NCBI GenBank assembly: GCA_020341795.1
Contig: CP070836.1
Coordinates: 765,439-827,676 of the forward strand
Reading direction: 5' to 3'
From: Thermoplasmatales archaeon
Lineage (GTDB): Archaea; Thermoplasmatota; E2; DHVEG-1
DNA length: 62,238 nucleotides
The notes under the pieces were generated by a model. The model did not search any database. It had not been told where the DNA came from and worked only from the letters and a program-made list of their open reading frames with translations. Both the position numbers and the translations under genes were made by a program. Shown here one piece after another: positions 36,152 through 46,765 of this stretch (positions within the stretch are counted from its first letter, which is position 1; each line of letters begins with the position of its first letter).

Positions 36152-37240
36152 ATGAAAAACATAGAACTAACCCACAAAGAACAGTTAATGCTTTATGGTC
36201 TTTCAAAGTATCCACAACTATCAGATAAATCATTATCGGAAACACTTAATCTTAAACATTCAACAGTTACTTCGATTAGACACAGACTACATAGTAAGGA
36301 ATATTTTAGAAGGCTTATAATTCCAAGACTTCAAAATATGGATTGTCAAATGCTTGTAGCAACTTATACAAATTTTAATCCATTAATTCCTTTAGAAGAA
36401 AGAGTTGATATAACAGGTGAAACAATTGAAGTTTTTGAAGAAATATTTTTTTCTGTGGGTGAACAAGATAAAGGGTTTTCTTTAAGTTTATCTCATGATT
36501 ATGCAACAATTGGAAAAATTAATGATATTAGAATCCAGACTTTTGGAACTCGTGGTCTTTTAGAAGAAGAATATTCTAATATGGTTTTATTTCCTTTTGA
36601 AATTAGTCATATTTATCGATTTTTTGATTTTAGTCCATTATTAAAAAGGAGTTTTAATCTAGGTTTAGAAGAAGAAGAGGTTATTAGTAATTTTGGTTTA
36701 AAAGATGCAGAAAATGTTATTTTATCAGATACAGAAAAAAATGTATATTGTATGATGGTAAGCTACCCTGAAATGTCAGATGGTGATATAGGTCGAGAAA
36801 TAGGTGTTTCCCGCCATACAGTTTCACGCTTAAGAAGAAAATTTGAAGATAAAAATTTTATCAGAAGAATTAGCCTTCCAAACCTACAGAAACTTGGTTT
36901 TGAAATTCTTGTATTTTATCATATAAAATTTAATCCTCGAAATCCTCCTGATATGGAAAATTACGAGGTTGCTGGTTTGATGAGCGAGTCGACAGTTTTT
37001 CTGGCTAGTAGAATGTTTGAAGCAGTAATGATATCTGTATATATGGATTATGATGATTATAAAGCTGATATGATGAGAATTATGCAGAATCTAAAAGAAA
37101 ATAAATGGATTGCTGAAGATCCTGTTATTCGAACATACAGTTTGAATACAATGGTTTATATTAAGGATTTTAAATTCGCACCGATTACACATAAGATAGT
37201 AGGTTGTGATTTTTGGGTTAAAAAGCTATTAAATATGTGA
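36152..37240 (+). CDS. Internally duplicated winged-HTH protein (putative transcriptional regulator)
   Basis: Two collinear repeats: L(T/S)..E...YP..SD...TV...R....F.RR..P.LQ.......FNP. The ATG at 36152 (MKNIELTH) is preferred over 36110. Confidence 0.55.
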   Translation: MKNIELTHKEQLMLYGLSKYPQLSDKSLSETLNLKHSTVTSIRHRLHSKEYFRRLIIPRLQNMDCQMLVATYTNFNPLIPLEERVDITGETIEVFEEIFFSVGEQDKGFSLSLSHDYATIGKINDIRIQTFGTRGLLEEEYSNMVLFPFEISHIYRFFDFSPLLKRSFNLGLEEEEVISNFGLKDAENVILSDTEKNVYCMMVSYPEMSDGDIGREIGVSRHTVSRLRRKFEDKNFIRRISLPNLQKLGFEILVFYHIKFNPRNPPDMENYEVAGLMSESTVFLASRMFEAVMISVYMDYDDYKADMMRIMQNLKENKWIAEDPVIRTYSLNTMVYIKDFKFAPITHKIVGCDFWVKKLLNM

Positions 37241-37258
37241 ATTTGCATTCAAGATGCC

Positions 37259-38359
37259 ATGAAACTTTTCGAGTACCGGGGGAAGGAACTGCTTGTTAAA
37301 TATGAAATAGCGGTTCCAAATGGCAAGCTAGTAAAAACTGAAAAAGATTTTTCAACTCTTAATTTTCCACTTGTTTTAAAAGCACAAGTTCCAATTGGTG
37401 GTCGAGGTAAAGCAGGAGGGATTAAAACTGTAAAAAATCTTAAAGATGCAAAAGAAAATTTATCAAATATTCTTGGAATGGATATCAGAGGTTATAAAGT
37501 TGGAAAAGTTCTTGCAGAGGAAATGGCTGATATCAAAAAAGAATTGTATCTTAGCATAACATTAGATAGATCAAAAAGAATGCCTCTAATTATGGCAAGT
37601 GCTTCGGGAGGAATGGATATTGAATCAGTACCTGATGAAGAAATATTTAAAGAATGGGTAAATCCATTGATTGGAATTCAACCTTTTAATATTAGGTTTA
37701 TTACATCAAAATTAAAGCTAGACAAAGAACAAAGTAAAGAGTTTTCAAAAGTTCTTTCAAATTTATATAAATTATTTCGTGAGTATGACTGTGAACTTGT
37801 AGAAATTAATCCACTTATTGTCAGAGGTGATGGTGGCATAATGGCTCTAGATTCAAAGGTTAATATAAATGATGATGCTATGTATCGACATCAAGATATA
37901 GAACCAGAACTAGTCGAGCTTACACCTCTTGAACAAGATGCAAAAGAAAAAGGTATAACCTTTGTTCAGCTTGGAGGAAACATTGGAGTTATTGCAAATG
38001 GTGCAGGTCTTACAATGGCAACTCTTGATGCATTAACACATTTTAAAGGAGACGGTGGTGTATTTCTTGATCTAGGGGGTACTGATGATCCTGAAAAAGT
38101 AAAACAGGCTTTCGAACTAATGAAAAAAGCAAAACCCAAGGTAATATTTTTAAATTTATTCGGCGGAATCACAAAATGTGATACAGTTGCTAAAGGTGTA
38201 AAAGAAGTAATAACTAAGGAAGGTATTGATTGTCCTGTGATAACTAGAATTAAAGGCTGTAATGAAACACAAGCTAAAGAAATACTTAAGGATGCTGGGC
38301 TTATCACTGGTGTAACACTTCAAGATGCGGCTCAAAAATCATCCGATCTAGCGAGGTGA
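37259..38359 (+). CDS. sucC: Succinyl-CoA synthetase (ADP-forming) beta subunit
   Basis: ATP-grasp N-terminus ([12 protein letters not shown]...[16 protein letters not shown]) and NGAGLTMAT motif. Confidence 0.9.
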   Translation: MKLFEYRGKELLVKYEIAVPNGKLVKTEKDFSTLNFPLVLKAQVPIGGRGKAGGIKTVKNLKDAKENLSNILGMDIRGYKVGKVLAEEMADIKKELYLSITLDRSKRMPLIMASASGGMDIESVPDEEIFKEWVNPLIGIQPFNIRFITSKLKLDKEQSKEFSKVLSNLYKLFREYDCELVEINPLIVRGDGGIMALDSKVNINDDAMYRHQDIEPELVELTPLEQDAKEKGITFVQLGGNIGVIANGAGLTMATLDALTHFKGDGGVFLDLGGTDDPEKVKQAFELMKKAKPKVIFLNLFGGITKCDTVAKGVKEVITKEGIDCPVITRIKGCNETQAKEILKDAGLITGVTLQDAAQKSSDLAR

Positions 38360-38366
38360 AAAAGAT

Positions 38367-39227
38367 ATGGCAGTTTTTGCAGATAAAAATAACAAGGTCT
38401 TAGTACAAGGTGCAACAGGACATCAAGGTGTTTTTCACATTAGTGAAATGTTAGATTTTGGAACAAATGTAGTTGCTGGTGTAACACCGGGCAAAGCAGG
38501 TCAAGAAGTACATGGCGTTCCGATTTTTAATACAGTTCAAGAAGGTGTAGATGCAACGGGTGCAAATACATCTCTTGTATTGGTACCAGCCCGTTTTGCT
38601 AAAGATGCAGTTTTTGAAGCACTAAATGCTGGTATAAAAACTTTGGTCGTTATCACAGAAAACATTCCATTTCATGATGCTATGGAATTCGTTCACTACG
38701 GAAAATATCAAGATGCAATAATAATTGGTCCAAATTGTCCGGGTATAGCAAGTCCAGGAAAAGCTAAAATCGGTATACTTCCTGGACAAATTTTCAAAGA
38801 AGGTAGCGTTGGAGTTGCAAGTCGAAGTGGAACACTTACATATGAAATTGTAAATTCATTAACAGAAAAGGGAATAGGTCAAAGTACTTGTATTGGACTC
38901 GGTGGTGATCCTATTATCGGAACTACCTTTATTGATGCTTTAAATGCTTTTGAAAAAGATAAAGAGACAAAATCAGTGGTATTAGTTGGTGAGATTGGAG
39001 GTACAGCTGAGGAAGAAGCAGCTGAATATATTAAAGAAAATATCAGTAAACCAGTATTTGCGTTTATTGCTGGACGTACAGCACCTAGTGGTAAGAGAAT
39101 GGGTCATGCAGGTGCAATAATTGCTCGTGGAAAAGGTACTGCTGATTCAAAAATAAAAGCATTTGAGAAAGCGGGTGTAAAACTCGCTAAGTTTCCAACA
39201 GATATTGCAGATCTTATTGAAAAATAA
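38367..39227 (+). CDS. sucD: Succinyl-CoA synthetase alpha subunit
   Basis: [24 protein letters not shown] and the phosphohistidine motif MGHAGAII. Confidence 0.9.
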   Translation: MAVFADKNNKVLVQGATGHQGVFHISEMLDFGTNVVAGVTPGKAGQEVHGVPIFNTVQEGVDATGANTSLVLVPARFAKDAVFEALNAGIKTLVVITENIPFHDAMEFVHYGKYQDAIIIGPNCPGIASPGKAKIGILPGQIFKEGSVGVASRSGTLTYEIVNSLTEKGIGQSTCIGLGGDPIIGTTFIDALNAFEKDKETKSVVLVGEIGGTAEEEAAEYIKENISKPVFAFIAGRTAPSGKRMGHAGAIIARGKGTADSKIKAFEKAGVKLAKFPTDIADLIEK

Positions 39228-39239
39228 GAAAAAAGAAGT

Positions 39240-40841
39240 TTAGAGATATATTACTCTTTGAATTAATTGGAATAAGTTTGGAAATAACTCTGAAAATTTT
39301 TCAAAAGAGCTAAGTGGTGAATTTTTGATTCTTGGTATACTTATTGGTAATGGCTCTGACCAGTCACTTTCAATTCCACGTATATCCATTGCGATTACAT
39401 AGATTAAGTAGGTTCCTTTTTCATTCCATGAATGAGTGGCTGTACAGGTTTCACCTGATTCGTAAAAATCAGACCAGAAATCAACTCTAAGATCTCCATC
39501 CCAATCCCATCCATATTGAATTTGATCACCATTGATATCTGTTGTAGATGAGGTATATGAATATTCCTTTCCAGTCTCACCTACTATTAAACCACTTGGC
39601 CTTCTTGGTTTTTCTGGTGGTATTAATGATTGAACAAATGGATATCTATCTTGATTCTCACCACCAGGTATATCATATGGTGTGTCAATTATACCATCAT
39701 TATCATCGTCATCACCTGAATGAAAAGTCCAATAATTTCCACCAGCAGGGTAGTCATTATCCCATGTATTACTCCCATAATCTAGTGCGCTATTATGAAT
39801 AAAATTATTATGATATACTATGTTGTCATTAGAACTAATTCCAAAACGAATTCCTTGCTCAGAATTATAAGATATATTATTCCCAGTTATCATGTTTCCA
39901 TCTGAATCAGCTAGTTCACCTGCTAATATACCATCGTACATATTTGAGTCTATTTCATTTTTTGTAATAAGATTAGAATTTGAAAATTGAATCTGGATTC
40001 CACTCCATCCATTTGATTTTATTACATTATCTATTATGACATTTCCAATATTATTAGTTGTAAGTTTTATACCATTAACAGAGTTTGACTCAATTGTATT
40101 TTGGTAAACTATATTACCAGTACATAAATCAAAAAAATGAATACCATTCTTGTCATTGAGTTTTAGTATATTTTTATATAAAAAATTGTCTTCACAGTCA
40201 TAAAGATATATTCCTTGAAATCCGTTGTTAATTATTGTGTTTAATGAAATAGAATTGTTATCTGAGTTATACATGAAAATGCCGTCCATTTGATTTAATT
40301 CTATTATGTTATTTGAAATCTCATTGTCATTACCATCGTGAATTGATATAGCATAATAACTACCAGCCAGATAATTGCCATCAATGTGATTATTATTAGA
40401 ATGTATATGAATTGCTGCATCAAGGTTAATAAAATCAAACCCACTATTTGTAATTCCAAGTCCACTAATTGAAATATTATCTGAAGAAATATTTATTACA
40501 TCACCATTGGAATTACCAATTATTATTGGGGGTCCAGAATCACCACCCGCTCCAAGTTCATAGTTAATCCCCACAATCGTTAAATCAGCAATATTAATCT
40601 GAATTGTTGATGTTTCTTCATAATTTCCGCTATAAACGTTGATTGTTGTACCAGGATCGGATTCCTCAATTGCACTTTGTAAATTTAAAAAATCACCATC
40701 ACCTTCATCATCGACTGTAATTGTGTCTAAATAAGCAGGTATTTTCTCATTTTCATTTGTTATCGTTAATGCAGAGATTGACATGCAATTTGCAAGGCAT
40801 ATTATAATAAATATTACAAATACTTCTAATTGTTTTTTCAA
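39240..40841 (-). CDS. Secreted right-handed beta-helix repeat protein (NosD/pectate-lyase-like fold) with a C-terminal PKD-like domain and hydrophobic tail
   Basis: Signal/TM N-terminus. Many ~22-aa repeats of the N.I..N...GI type. C-terminal PPEKPRRP linker plus WDWDGD...HSWNEKGTYLIYV...WSEPLPISIP plus a FSELFPNLFQL tail. Confidence 0.7.
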   Translation of the reverse strand: MKKQLEVFVIFIIICLANCMSISALTITNENEKIPAYLDTITVDDEGDGDFLNLQSAIEESDPGTTINVYSGNYEETSTIQINIADLTIVGINYELGAGGDSGPPIIIGNSNGDVINISSDNISISGLGITNSGFDFINLDAAIHIHSNNNHIDGNYLAGSYYAISIHDGNDNEISNNIIELNQMDGIFMYNSDNNSISLNTIINNGFQGIYLYDCEDNFLYKNILKLNDKNGIHFFDLCTGNIVYQNTIESNSVNGIKLTTNNIGNVIIDNVIKSNGWSGIQIQFSNSNLITKNEIDSNMYDGILAGELADSDGNMITGNNISYNSEQGIRFGISSNDNIVYHNNFIHNSALDYGSNTWDNDYPAGGNYWTFHSGDDDDNDGIIDTPYDIPGGENQDRYPFVQSLIPPEKPRRPSGLIVGETGKEYSYTSSTTDINGDQIQYGWDWDGDLRVDFWSDFYESGETCTATHSWNEKGTYLIYVIAMDIRGIESDWSEPLPISIPRIKNSPLSSFEKFSELFPNLFQLIQRVIYL

Positions 40842-40949
40842 TTTACAACACCTCCAATATCATAAATCATAAAATGGATTTTATAATATTTACGAAATTC
40901 ATAACGACATTTGACGTATTATAAAATTTTATGAAAAATTACTAATTAT

Positions 40950-42122
40950 TTAGTGAAAACTTTTTTCAATTCTCTCAATTGCTTCATCAATATTTTTCAA
41001 AGTATTAGCATAAGAAAATCTAAGATACCCTTCACCATATGGTCCAAAAGCTGTACCAGGTAATGCTGCAACACCTGCTTTATAAAGAATGTGATCTGCA
41101 CATTCTTGTGAGTTCATACCAGTTTTTTTAATATTTGGAAAAGCATAAAACGCACCACGAGGTGAAAGACATTTGAAACCATTTATTTGGTTTAATCCTT
41201 TTACTATTCTATCTCTTTTTTCTTTAAATCTTTTCATCATATCAGCAATAAAACTTTGATCGCCAGTTAATGCTTCAACACCTGCCCACTGAGTAAAATC
41301 AGCAGTACAAGAAACAGCACTAACAAGAAAATCCTGAAGCTTATCTGCCATTTTTACAGGTGCAACCATGAAACCAAGTCTCCAACCAGTCATAGCAAAA
41401 TACTTGGAAAATCCATCAAGAAGCACAGATCTTTCCCTAGCTTCATCACGAGCTGTAGGGGTATAATGATCACATTCATATGTCATCTTGCTATAAATCT
41501 CATCTGAAACAATAAATATATCATGTTCCTCTGCAAGCATTGCTATTTCATCAAGCTCAGATTTTGCCATAACAGATCCTGTCGGATTCTGAGGAGAATT
41601 AATGATAATAAGCTTTGTTTTACTTGTAATTTTCTTTTTTATATCATCTGGATTCATTCGAAACTCGTTTTCCTCGAGCAAAGGGATCATAACACCCTTG
41701 GCTCTGAGAAAAGATGATACAGAACCATATGTTGGATAACCAGGATCCTGATAAATCACTTCATCACCTGGATTAACAACCGCAAGCATAGAGAAAAAAA
41801 TACCAGGTTTCAGACCAGGTGTGATTACGACCTGATCAAGATTTGGCCTAAAACCTCGAGTTTTTTCAACTTGATCCTGAACCGCTTTTCTAAGCTCAAG
41901 TATACCTATAGAAGGTGTATAATGAGTTTTTTTATTCTTGATTGCTATAATCCCTGCTTCAGAAATGTTTTTTGGAGTCTCCATATCTGGTTCACCAATT
42001 TCAAAATGAAGAATATGTTTACCTTTTCGCTCAAGTTCTTGGGCTTTTGCTAGCACTTCAAAAGCAGCTTCTCCATATATTTTTTTTGCTCCATTACTTA
42101 ATTCTGGCATAACTTTTATCAC
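40950..42122 (-). CDS. Class I/II PLP-dependent aminotransferase (aspartate aminotransferase-like)
   Basis: 390 aa; NSPQNPTG and SKYFAMTGWRLG (PLP-lysine context) motifs. Confidence 0.85.
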   Translation of the reverse strand: MIKVMPELSNGAKKIYGEAAFEVLAKAQELERKGKHILHFEIGEPDMETPKNISEAGIIAIKNKKTHYTPSIGILELRKAVQDQVEKTRGFRPNLDQVVITPGLKPGIFFSMLAVVNPGDEVIYQDPGYPTYGSVSSFLRAKGVMIPLLEENEFRMNPDDIKKKITSKTKLIIINSPQNPTGSVMAKSELDEIAMLAEEHDIFIVSDEIYSKMTYECDHYTPTARDEARERSVLLDGFSKYFAMTGWRLGFMVAPVKMADKLQDFLVSAVSCTADFTQWAGVEALTGDQSFIADMMKRFKEKRDRIVKGLNQINGFKCLSPRGAFYAFPNIKKTGMNSQECADHILYKAGVAALPGTAFGPYGEGYLRFSYANTLKNIDEAIERIEKSFH

Positions 42123-43940
42123 CTAAATCTGATATTTATCTAAACCTAGTTGTTTTAATTTACTTGTCGTAGGTACTCCTTTCTCATCCCAGCCTCTTAG
42201 TTTATAGTATTCGCAAAGGCTTTTTTCAAATCCATCTTTTGTTAAAACTATATCTTTTGCAGGACCTTTTGTAAATGCATTATTAAAAAGTCTTGAGGGA
42301 AGTATATCACCTCCAGGAGCGAGACCTTCACGTAGATTGAATAACCTGATAATATTCCATATACGCTCACCACATTCTAGGTAACTATCAGTTGTGTGTT
42401 TGAATCCTGTTGAAAGATTCCACATATCAACACAATTATCAACAGATATGGGTGCGAAATCACAAAGCACAAGTGAAAAAAACGCTGCACGTTCATCTTG
42501 GACTTCTTTTACTATTTTTGCCTTTTTTTCAAAAGAAAATCTTTCAAGTTCTGGATCTTTTAACTCTGCATTAACAGTCCAAGCTCGTTGATGACAAGCA
42601 CCTCTATCTGAAGTTGCATATGCAAGACCCATTCCAAAAGTTCCACGGGGATCATAACCTGGAATGTCTAATCCCTTGCAATGTACTGCAAAACTTTCCC
42701 CTTTTAGTTTTTCAGATGCTTTTTGTATACCTTCACCAAGCAATTTTGTAAGTTTGCTTTTACGATGTGCTATTTTAGACAAAAGCTCAGTTAATTCAGC
42801 AGTTTTTCCCCAACCAATATCAATACCTTCAAGATCATCCTTTGTAACAATAACTTTATTATATGCTTCAATTGTAAAACCTAAAATACCTCCCATTGAA
42901 ATTGTATCCATGCCAAGCTCATTACATCTATCGCATATATATGCAACATCCTCAATTGATTTAAGTCCAAGATTAGAACCCATCAATGCAATTGTTTCAT
43001 ACTCTGGTCCTATCAACTTTGTACCCTTGAAAGGTCCTTGTTTTACTGATGATTTGTTCCAACATGCAATAATACAATTATAGCACGCTCCACCACCGTC
43101 TACTATTCTTTTCTGCATTGTCTCAGCGTTGATTTCTACACCATATTCAAAAAAACCCTCTGAAAAGTTTCTAGTTGGAATAAAACCCTCTTTGTTGATT
43201 TTTTCAACCCAAAAAGGAGTTCCATATTTTCTTCTAATAGGTACAAAATTATTATCTTGAACCTGTTGCCTTACTTCTTTTGATTTATTTTTAAATCCTT
43301 CCTCATTATCCAGAGGTATTTTTCCACTACCAGTAAGAGCAATTGCTTTTAGGTTTTTAGAACCCATAACAGCACCAGTACCACCACGACCAGCATGTCG
43401 ATGACCATCAATTGTGATACAAGCAACACGAACAAGGTTTTCACCCGCTGGACCAATTACAGCAGTTTTTAGTTTCCCGATATTTTTCTGCAACCAATCA
43501 TGAGTTTTTAGACACTCTAAACCCATTATTCTTTTTGCATCTTTAAACTCAACTTTATCATCCTTTATTATTAGATATATTGGTGTTTTTGATTTCCCAT
43601 TTATTACTATAAAGTCCCAACCTGCTTTTTTCATTTCATTTCCAAAAATTCCGCCAAAATGAGAATCTACAAATAGACCTGTTAGTGGGCTTTTTGTAAC
43701 AACTGTCCCACGACCACTTGTTTGAGCACTAGTACCAGTAAGTGGGCCGGTAGTAAAAATTAAAATATTATCAGATGAGAGTGGATTTGTACCTTTGGGT
43801 AGATGATCCATTAAATATTTTGCACCAAGACCTTTTGCACCAATAAAATGCTTAGCATCTTCAAGATCCGTTCTATCAATAGATGTTGTTTTTTTTGTCA
43901 ATTCTACTACAAGAGTTTTACCTGTATAACCTCCACTCAT
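42123..43940 (-). CDS. aor: Tungsten-containing aldehyde:ferredoxin oxidoreductase
   Basis: 605 aa. N-terminal GYTGKTLVVEL, GGRGxG-type motifs, a CxxCxxxC-type cluster context (CYNCIIAC) and DRGACH are typical of the AOR family. Confidence 0.9.
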   Translation of the reverse strand: MSGGYTGKTLVVELTKKTTSIDRTDLEDAKHFIGAKGLGAKYLMDHLPKGTNPLSSDNILIFTTGPLTGTSAQTSGRGTVVTKSPLTGLFVDSHFGGIFGNEMKKAGWDFIVINGKSKTPIYLIIKDDKVEFKDAKRIMGLECLKTHDWLQKNIGKLKTAVIGPAGENLVRVACITIDGHRHAGRGGTGAVMGSKNLKAIALTGSGKIPLDNEEGFKNKSKEVRQQVQDNNFVPIRRKYGTPFWVEKINKEGFIPTRNFSEGFFEYGVEINAETMQKRIVDGGGACYNCIIACWNKSSVKQGPFKGTKLIGPEYETIALMGSNLGLKSIEDVAYICDRCNELGMDTISMGGILGFTIEAYNKVIVTKDDLEGIDIGWGKTAELTELLSKIAHRKSKLTKLLGEGIQKASEKLKGESFAVHCKGLDIPGYDPRGTFGMGLAYATSDRGACHQRAWTVNAELKDPELERFSFEKKAKIVKEVQDERAAFFSLVLCDFAPISVDNCVDMWNLSTGFKHTTDSYLECGERIWNIIRLFNLREGLAPGGDILPSRLFNNAFTKGPAKDIVLTKDGFEKSLCEYYKLRGWDEKGVPTTSKLKQLGLDKYQI

Positions 43941-43960
43941 CCTAAATCACGCCTTATTAT

Positions 43961-45001
43961 TTATTTACAACTTAGTTTACGATTTATGTTTAATAAATCA
44001 ATCAATAATGAAAAACCTGTCTCACGCTTACCCGCTCCAGGTCCAACAATTGTAACAGGGCCAAGTTCATCTGTATAAAAAGTCAAAGCATTTGTTGCTT
44101 TATTGACTCCTGCAAGTGGATCATCCATTGGAAGTTTAACTGGTTTAACACTTGCTTTAACACTTCCATCTTTTTGTATTTCTGCACTACCGATTAGTTT
44201 CCATCGCATTCCTTGAAGTTTTGCGTCTTCAATATCTTTTTTTGAAATTTTAGTTATACCTTTTCTTTTAACATCTTGCCATCCTATGTTTTTTCCAAGA
44301 ACAACATTTGTTAGAATCACAACTTTTCCTAAAGCATCAAGTCCTTCTACATCCCCTGTTGGATCAGCCTCAGCATATCCAAGTTCTTGGGCTTTGGTAA
44401 GAGCATTTTCATATGTCATACCTTCTTCCATCTTAGTAAGAATATAATTAGTAGTTCCATTAAGAATTCCTTTAAAACCATTTATTTGATTTCCAGCAAG
44501 GGTATATTCTACCAGGTTTATAGCGGGTGTTCCTGCAAGAACAACACCTTCAAAGTTGTATTGAACGTTTTTTTCTTTTGCTAGTTTTAAAAGATCAATT
44601 GCTTGCTTGACAACAGGTCCTTTATTTGTAGAAACAACATTTTTTCCTGCTTCAAGAGCAGCTTTAATATGGGTAATTGCAGGTTCACCTGTTTTCACAT
44701 CTGTATACGTTACTTCAACAATTGTATCAGCACCTGTATCTTTAATGGTCTTTAAACTATCGTATCCTTTTATCCCACTTGGATACTCATCAATTTTTTT
44801 ACCATTTTTAACAAAATCGAGGATCTTTTCCATATCAAGACCATTTTCATCATAAACACTACCTTTTTTAAAATCAGAAATTGCTACCACTGAAGCTGAA
44901 AAATTATATTTTTTTTCAAGAAGTTCCTTTTTCTCAAGTATTATTTCAGTAAGACCTTGAGCTACTGTTCCATAGCCAATAAAAGCAAGCTTAAAATGCA
45001 A
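43961..45001 (-). CDS. hom: Homoserine dehydrogenase
   Basis: FIGYGTVAQG Rossmann motif, NKGP, GILNGTTNYIL and AEADPTGDVEG motifs. Confidence 0.85.
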   Translation of the reverse strand: MHFKLAFIGYGTVAQGLTEIILEKKELLEKKYNFSASVVAISDFKKGSVYDENGLDMEKILDFVKNGKKIDEYPSGIKGYDSLKTIKDTGADTIVEVTYTDVKTGEPAITHIKAALEAGKNVVSTNKGPVVKQAIDLLKLAKEKNVQYNFEGVVLAGTPAINLVEYTLAGNQINGFKGILNGTTNYILTKMEEGMTYENALTKAQELGYAEADPTGDVEGLDALGKVVILTNVVLGKNIGWQDVKRKGITKISKKDIEDAKLQGMRWKLIGSAEIQKDGSVKASVKPVKLPMDDPLAGVNKATNALTFYTDELGPVTIVGPGAGKRETGFSLLIDLLNINRKLSCK

Positions 45002-45004
45002 ATA

Positions 45005-46279
45005 TTATTCCCTCCTATGATGAAGGTTTGGTGCTGCAATAAATGAAAGTCCTTTTTCTGTTAAAGCACGAGCTGTATTATTTACTGCCTCGTGTTTATC
45101 AAGATAATTTCGGTATACTGCTTGTATTAGATCTTTTTTTTCTAGTTCTACTTTTGGAACAAAATAATCAAGAATATCACTTGGATGATCACGTTTTGAA
45201 TCAACATCAACTTCCCCGCCTTCATGTTTTGCGCTAATATTTTTAATTTTACGGGCCATTTCTAAAAGCTCATCTCGTCTATCATATGGTTGTACAACTA
45301 TGCTTTTCCAAGTTTCAAGTATATGGTGTTCAAATCGAACAAAATCTTCAAGACCTAAAGATTTTCTTATTTCGCTACTAAGTTCAATTGTTGTATTATT
45401 TACACTATTTGAAAAATTAAAACCAATTAAACTTGTAGAGCCATCATCACGCGAAAACATCCGTGCTGCCATAAGTGTCCAAAAAACAGCATAAGGATTA
45501 TCATTACCCATATATACAGAGATTTTAAACTCAATATCAATCCCTAGTTTATGCATTAAATAACCTAATAAAATTGTTCCAGGATTAATGTTTAATACTT
45601 GTTTTACACCATAATTAATATAATAATATAAAAACTCATCAACCCATTTAATTGGGTAATCATTTGGTTGACCTACTCCACCAAAATAACCTGTTATTGT
45701 ATCAGGACCACCTAGATGAACATTTGAACCATCGGTTCCCTTCGTATCAAGAGTTTCACACCAACTTGCTCCAAGAATAAGCATAGCTGCAGTCATAGCA
45801 AGAAGGTCATTATCCTCTTCTTGTTCTTTCATACAACGAACTCTGATAAAACGACTAGGCATTAGCTCTTTTTTTTCAACAGCTTGACGAGCTTGTGCCA
45901 TAAAAGCAGGGAAATATTGACAGGCAGATATCTCTAAAGTTACAGCATAATCTTCATTAAAATCAATATCATTTATTTTTTCACCAAGGATTTTTTTCCT
46001 ATACTCATCAATAGTAATAAAGGCACCATTATCCCTCTGTTCTATCAACCATTCAAGATCTTTTACATATAATGAGTTTTTTGCTTTTAATTTATTTATT
46101 AACCTCTCTATATTTGCTGCTTCTTTTGCTTTTTTATTAATCTCTTCAGGTCCACCATATTTTTCGATAACTTGTAATAAATCAGATATTATCTTGTTAT
46201 CAGGATTTAATAAAAAATCATTTATTTCTTTTAATCTTTTTTCATCTATAATAAGTTTATTTCGAATATTTATTGACAT
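45005..46279 (-). CDS. Conserved-looking protein of unknown function (424 aa from the preferred start)
   Basis: Long uninterrupted ORF with non-repetitive, enzyme-like composition. The ATG at 46279 is preceded by GGAGAGGA. The stop is 3 nt from the hom start. I recognised no motif. Confidence 0.6.
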   Translation of the reverse strand: MSINIRNKLIIDEKRLKEINDFLLNPDNKIISDLLQVIEKYGGPEEINKKAKEAANIERLINKLKAKNSLYVKDLEWLIEQRDNGAFITIDEYRKKILGEKINDIDFNEDYAVTLEISACQYFPAFMAQARQAVEKKELMPSRFIRVRCMKEQEEDNDLLAMTAAMLILGASWCETLDTKGTDGSNVHLGGPDTITGYFGGVGQPNDYPIKWVDEFLYYYINYGVKQVLNINPGTILLGYLMHKLGIDIEFKISVYMGNDNPYAVFWTLMAARMFSRDDGSTSLIGFNFSNSVNNTTIELSSEIRKSLGLEDFVRFEHHILETWKSIVVQPYDRRDELLEMARKIKNISAKHEGGEVDVDSKRDHPSDILDYFVPKVELEKKDLIQAVYRNYLDKHEAVNNTARALTEKGLSFIAAPNLHHRRE

Positions 46280-46396
46280 AATCAAATCCTCTCCCATAAT
46301 ATAGCTCTTTAATCTTGTGTAGAGAAAATATAACATTGTTTTAATAAATTTTTGTTTGAGCGAAAATTTAATTAGCATACATGTTTTGTAATAAAG

Positions 46397-46693
46397 ATGG
46401 AGGTAATTATGATAATATCACAATTAAGTATTGCACCTATAGGATTAGGGACTAGTTTAAGCAAATATGTTAAAATCGTTCTTCAAACTTTGGATGAACA
46501 CAATCTAAAAAATAAGACAAATGATATGGCAACAGTTATTGAAACATCAGATCTTGATACATTATTCAATACTGTAAAAGATGCACATAATGCAGTAATA
46601 AACGCTGGCGCAAAACGTGTAATAACTGAACTTAAAATTGATCATCGTCTTGATAAAGATGTTTACCTCGGAACAAAGTTAAAATCTCTCTAG
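46397..46693 (+). CDS. MTH1187/YkoF-family (DUF77) small protein
   Basis: SIAPIG...S.YV...L.... and ATVIE... pattern typical of the MTH1187 thiamine-binding-like family; 98 aa. Confidence 0.7.
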   Translation: MEVIMIISQLSIAPIGLGTSLSKYVKIVLQTLDEHNLKNKTNDMATVIETSDLDTLFNTVKDAHNAVINAGAKRVITELKIDHRLDKDVYLGTKLKSL

Positions 46694-46765
46694 TAATGAT
46701 CAAAAAAATTTATTCAAAACAGTTATATAAAACATTTTCATTCCGAGATTCGGGAGTGTATTATT

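Noticed and set aside
7873-43083. Assorted overlapping opposite- or alternate-frame ORFs of 60-140 aa in the track, for example 7873-8124, 12616-12888, 13635-14033, 21750-22103, 30478-30885, 37966-38307 and 42664-43083.
   Set aside because: Each lies entirely inside a longer ORF with clear family motifs. They have low-complexity or biased composition and lack ribosome-binding sites, so I treat them as frame shadows.
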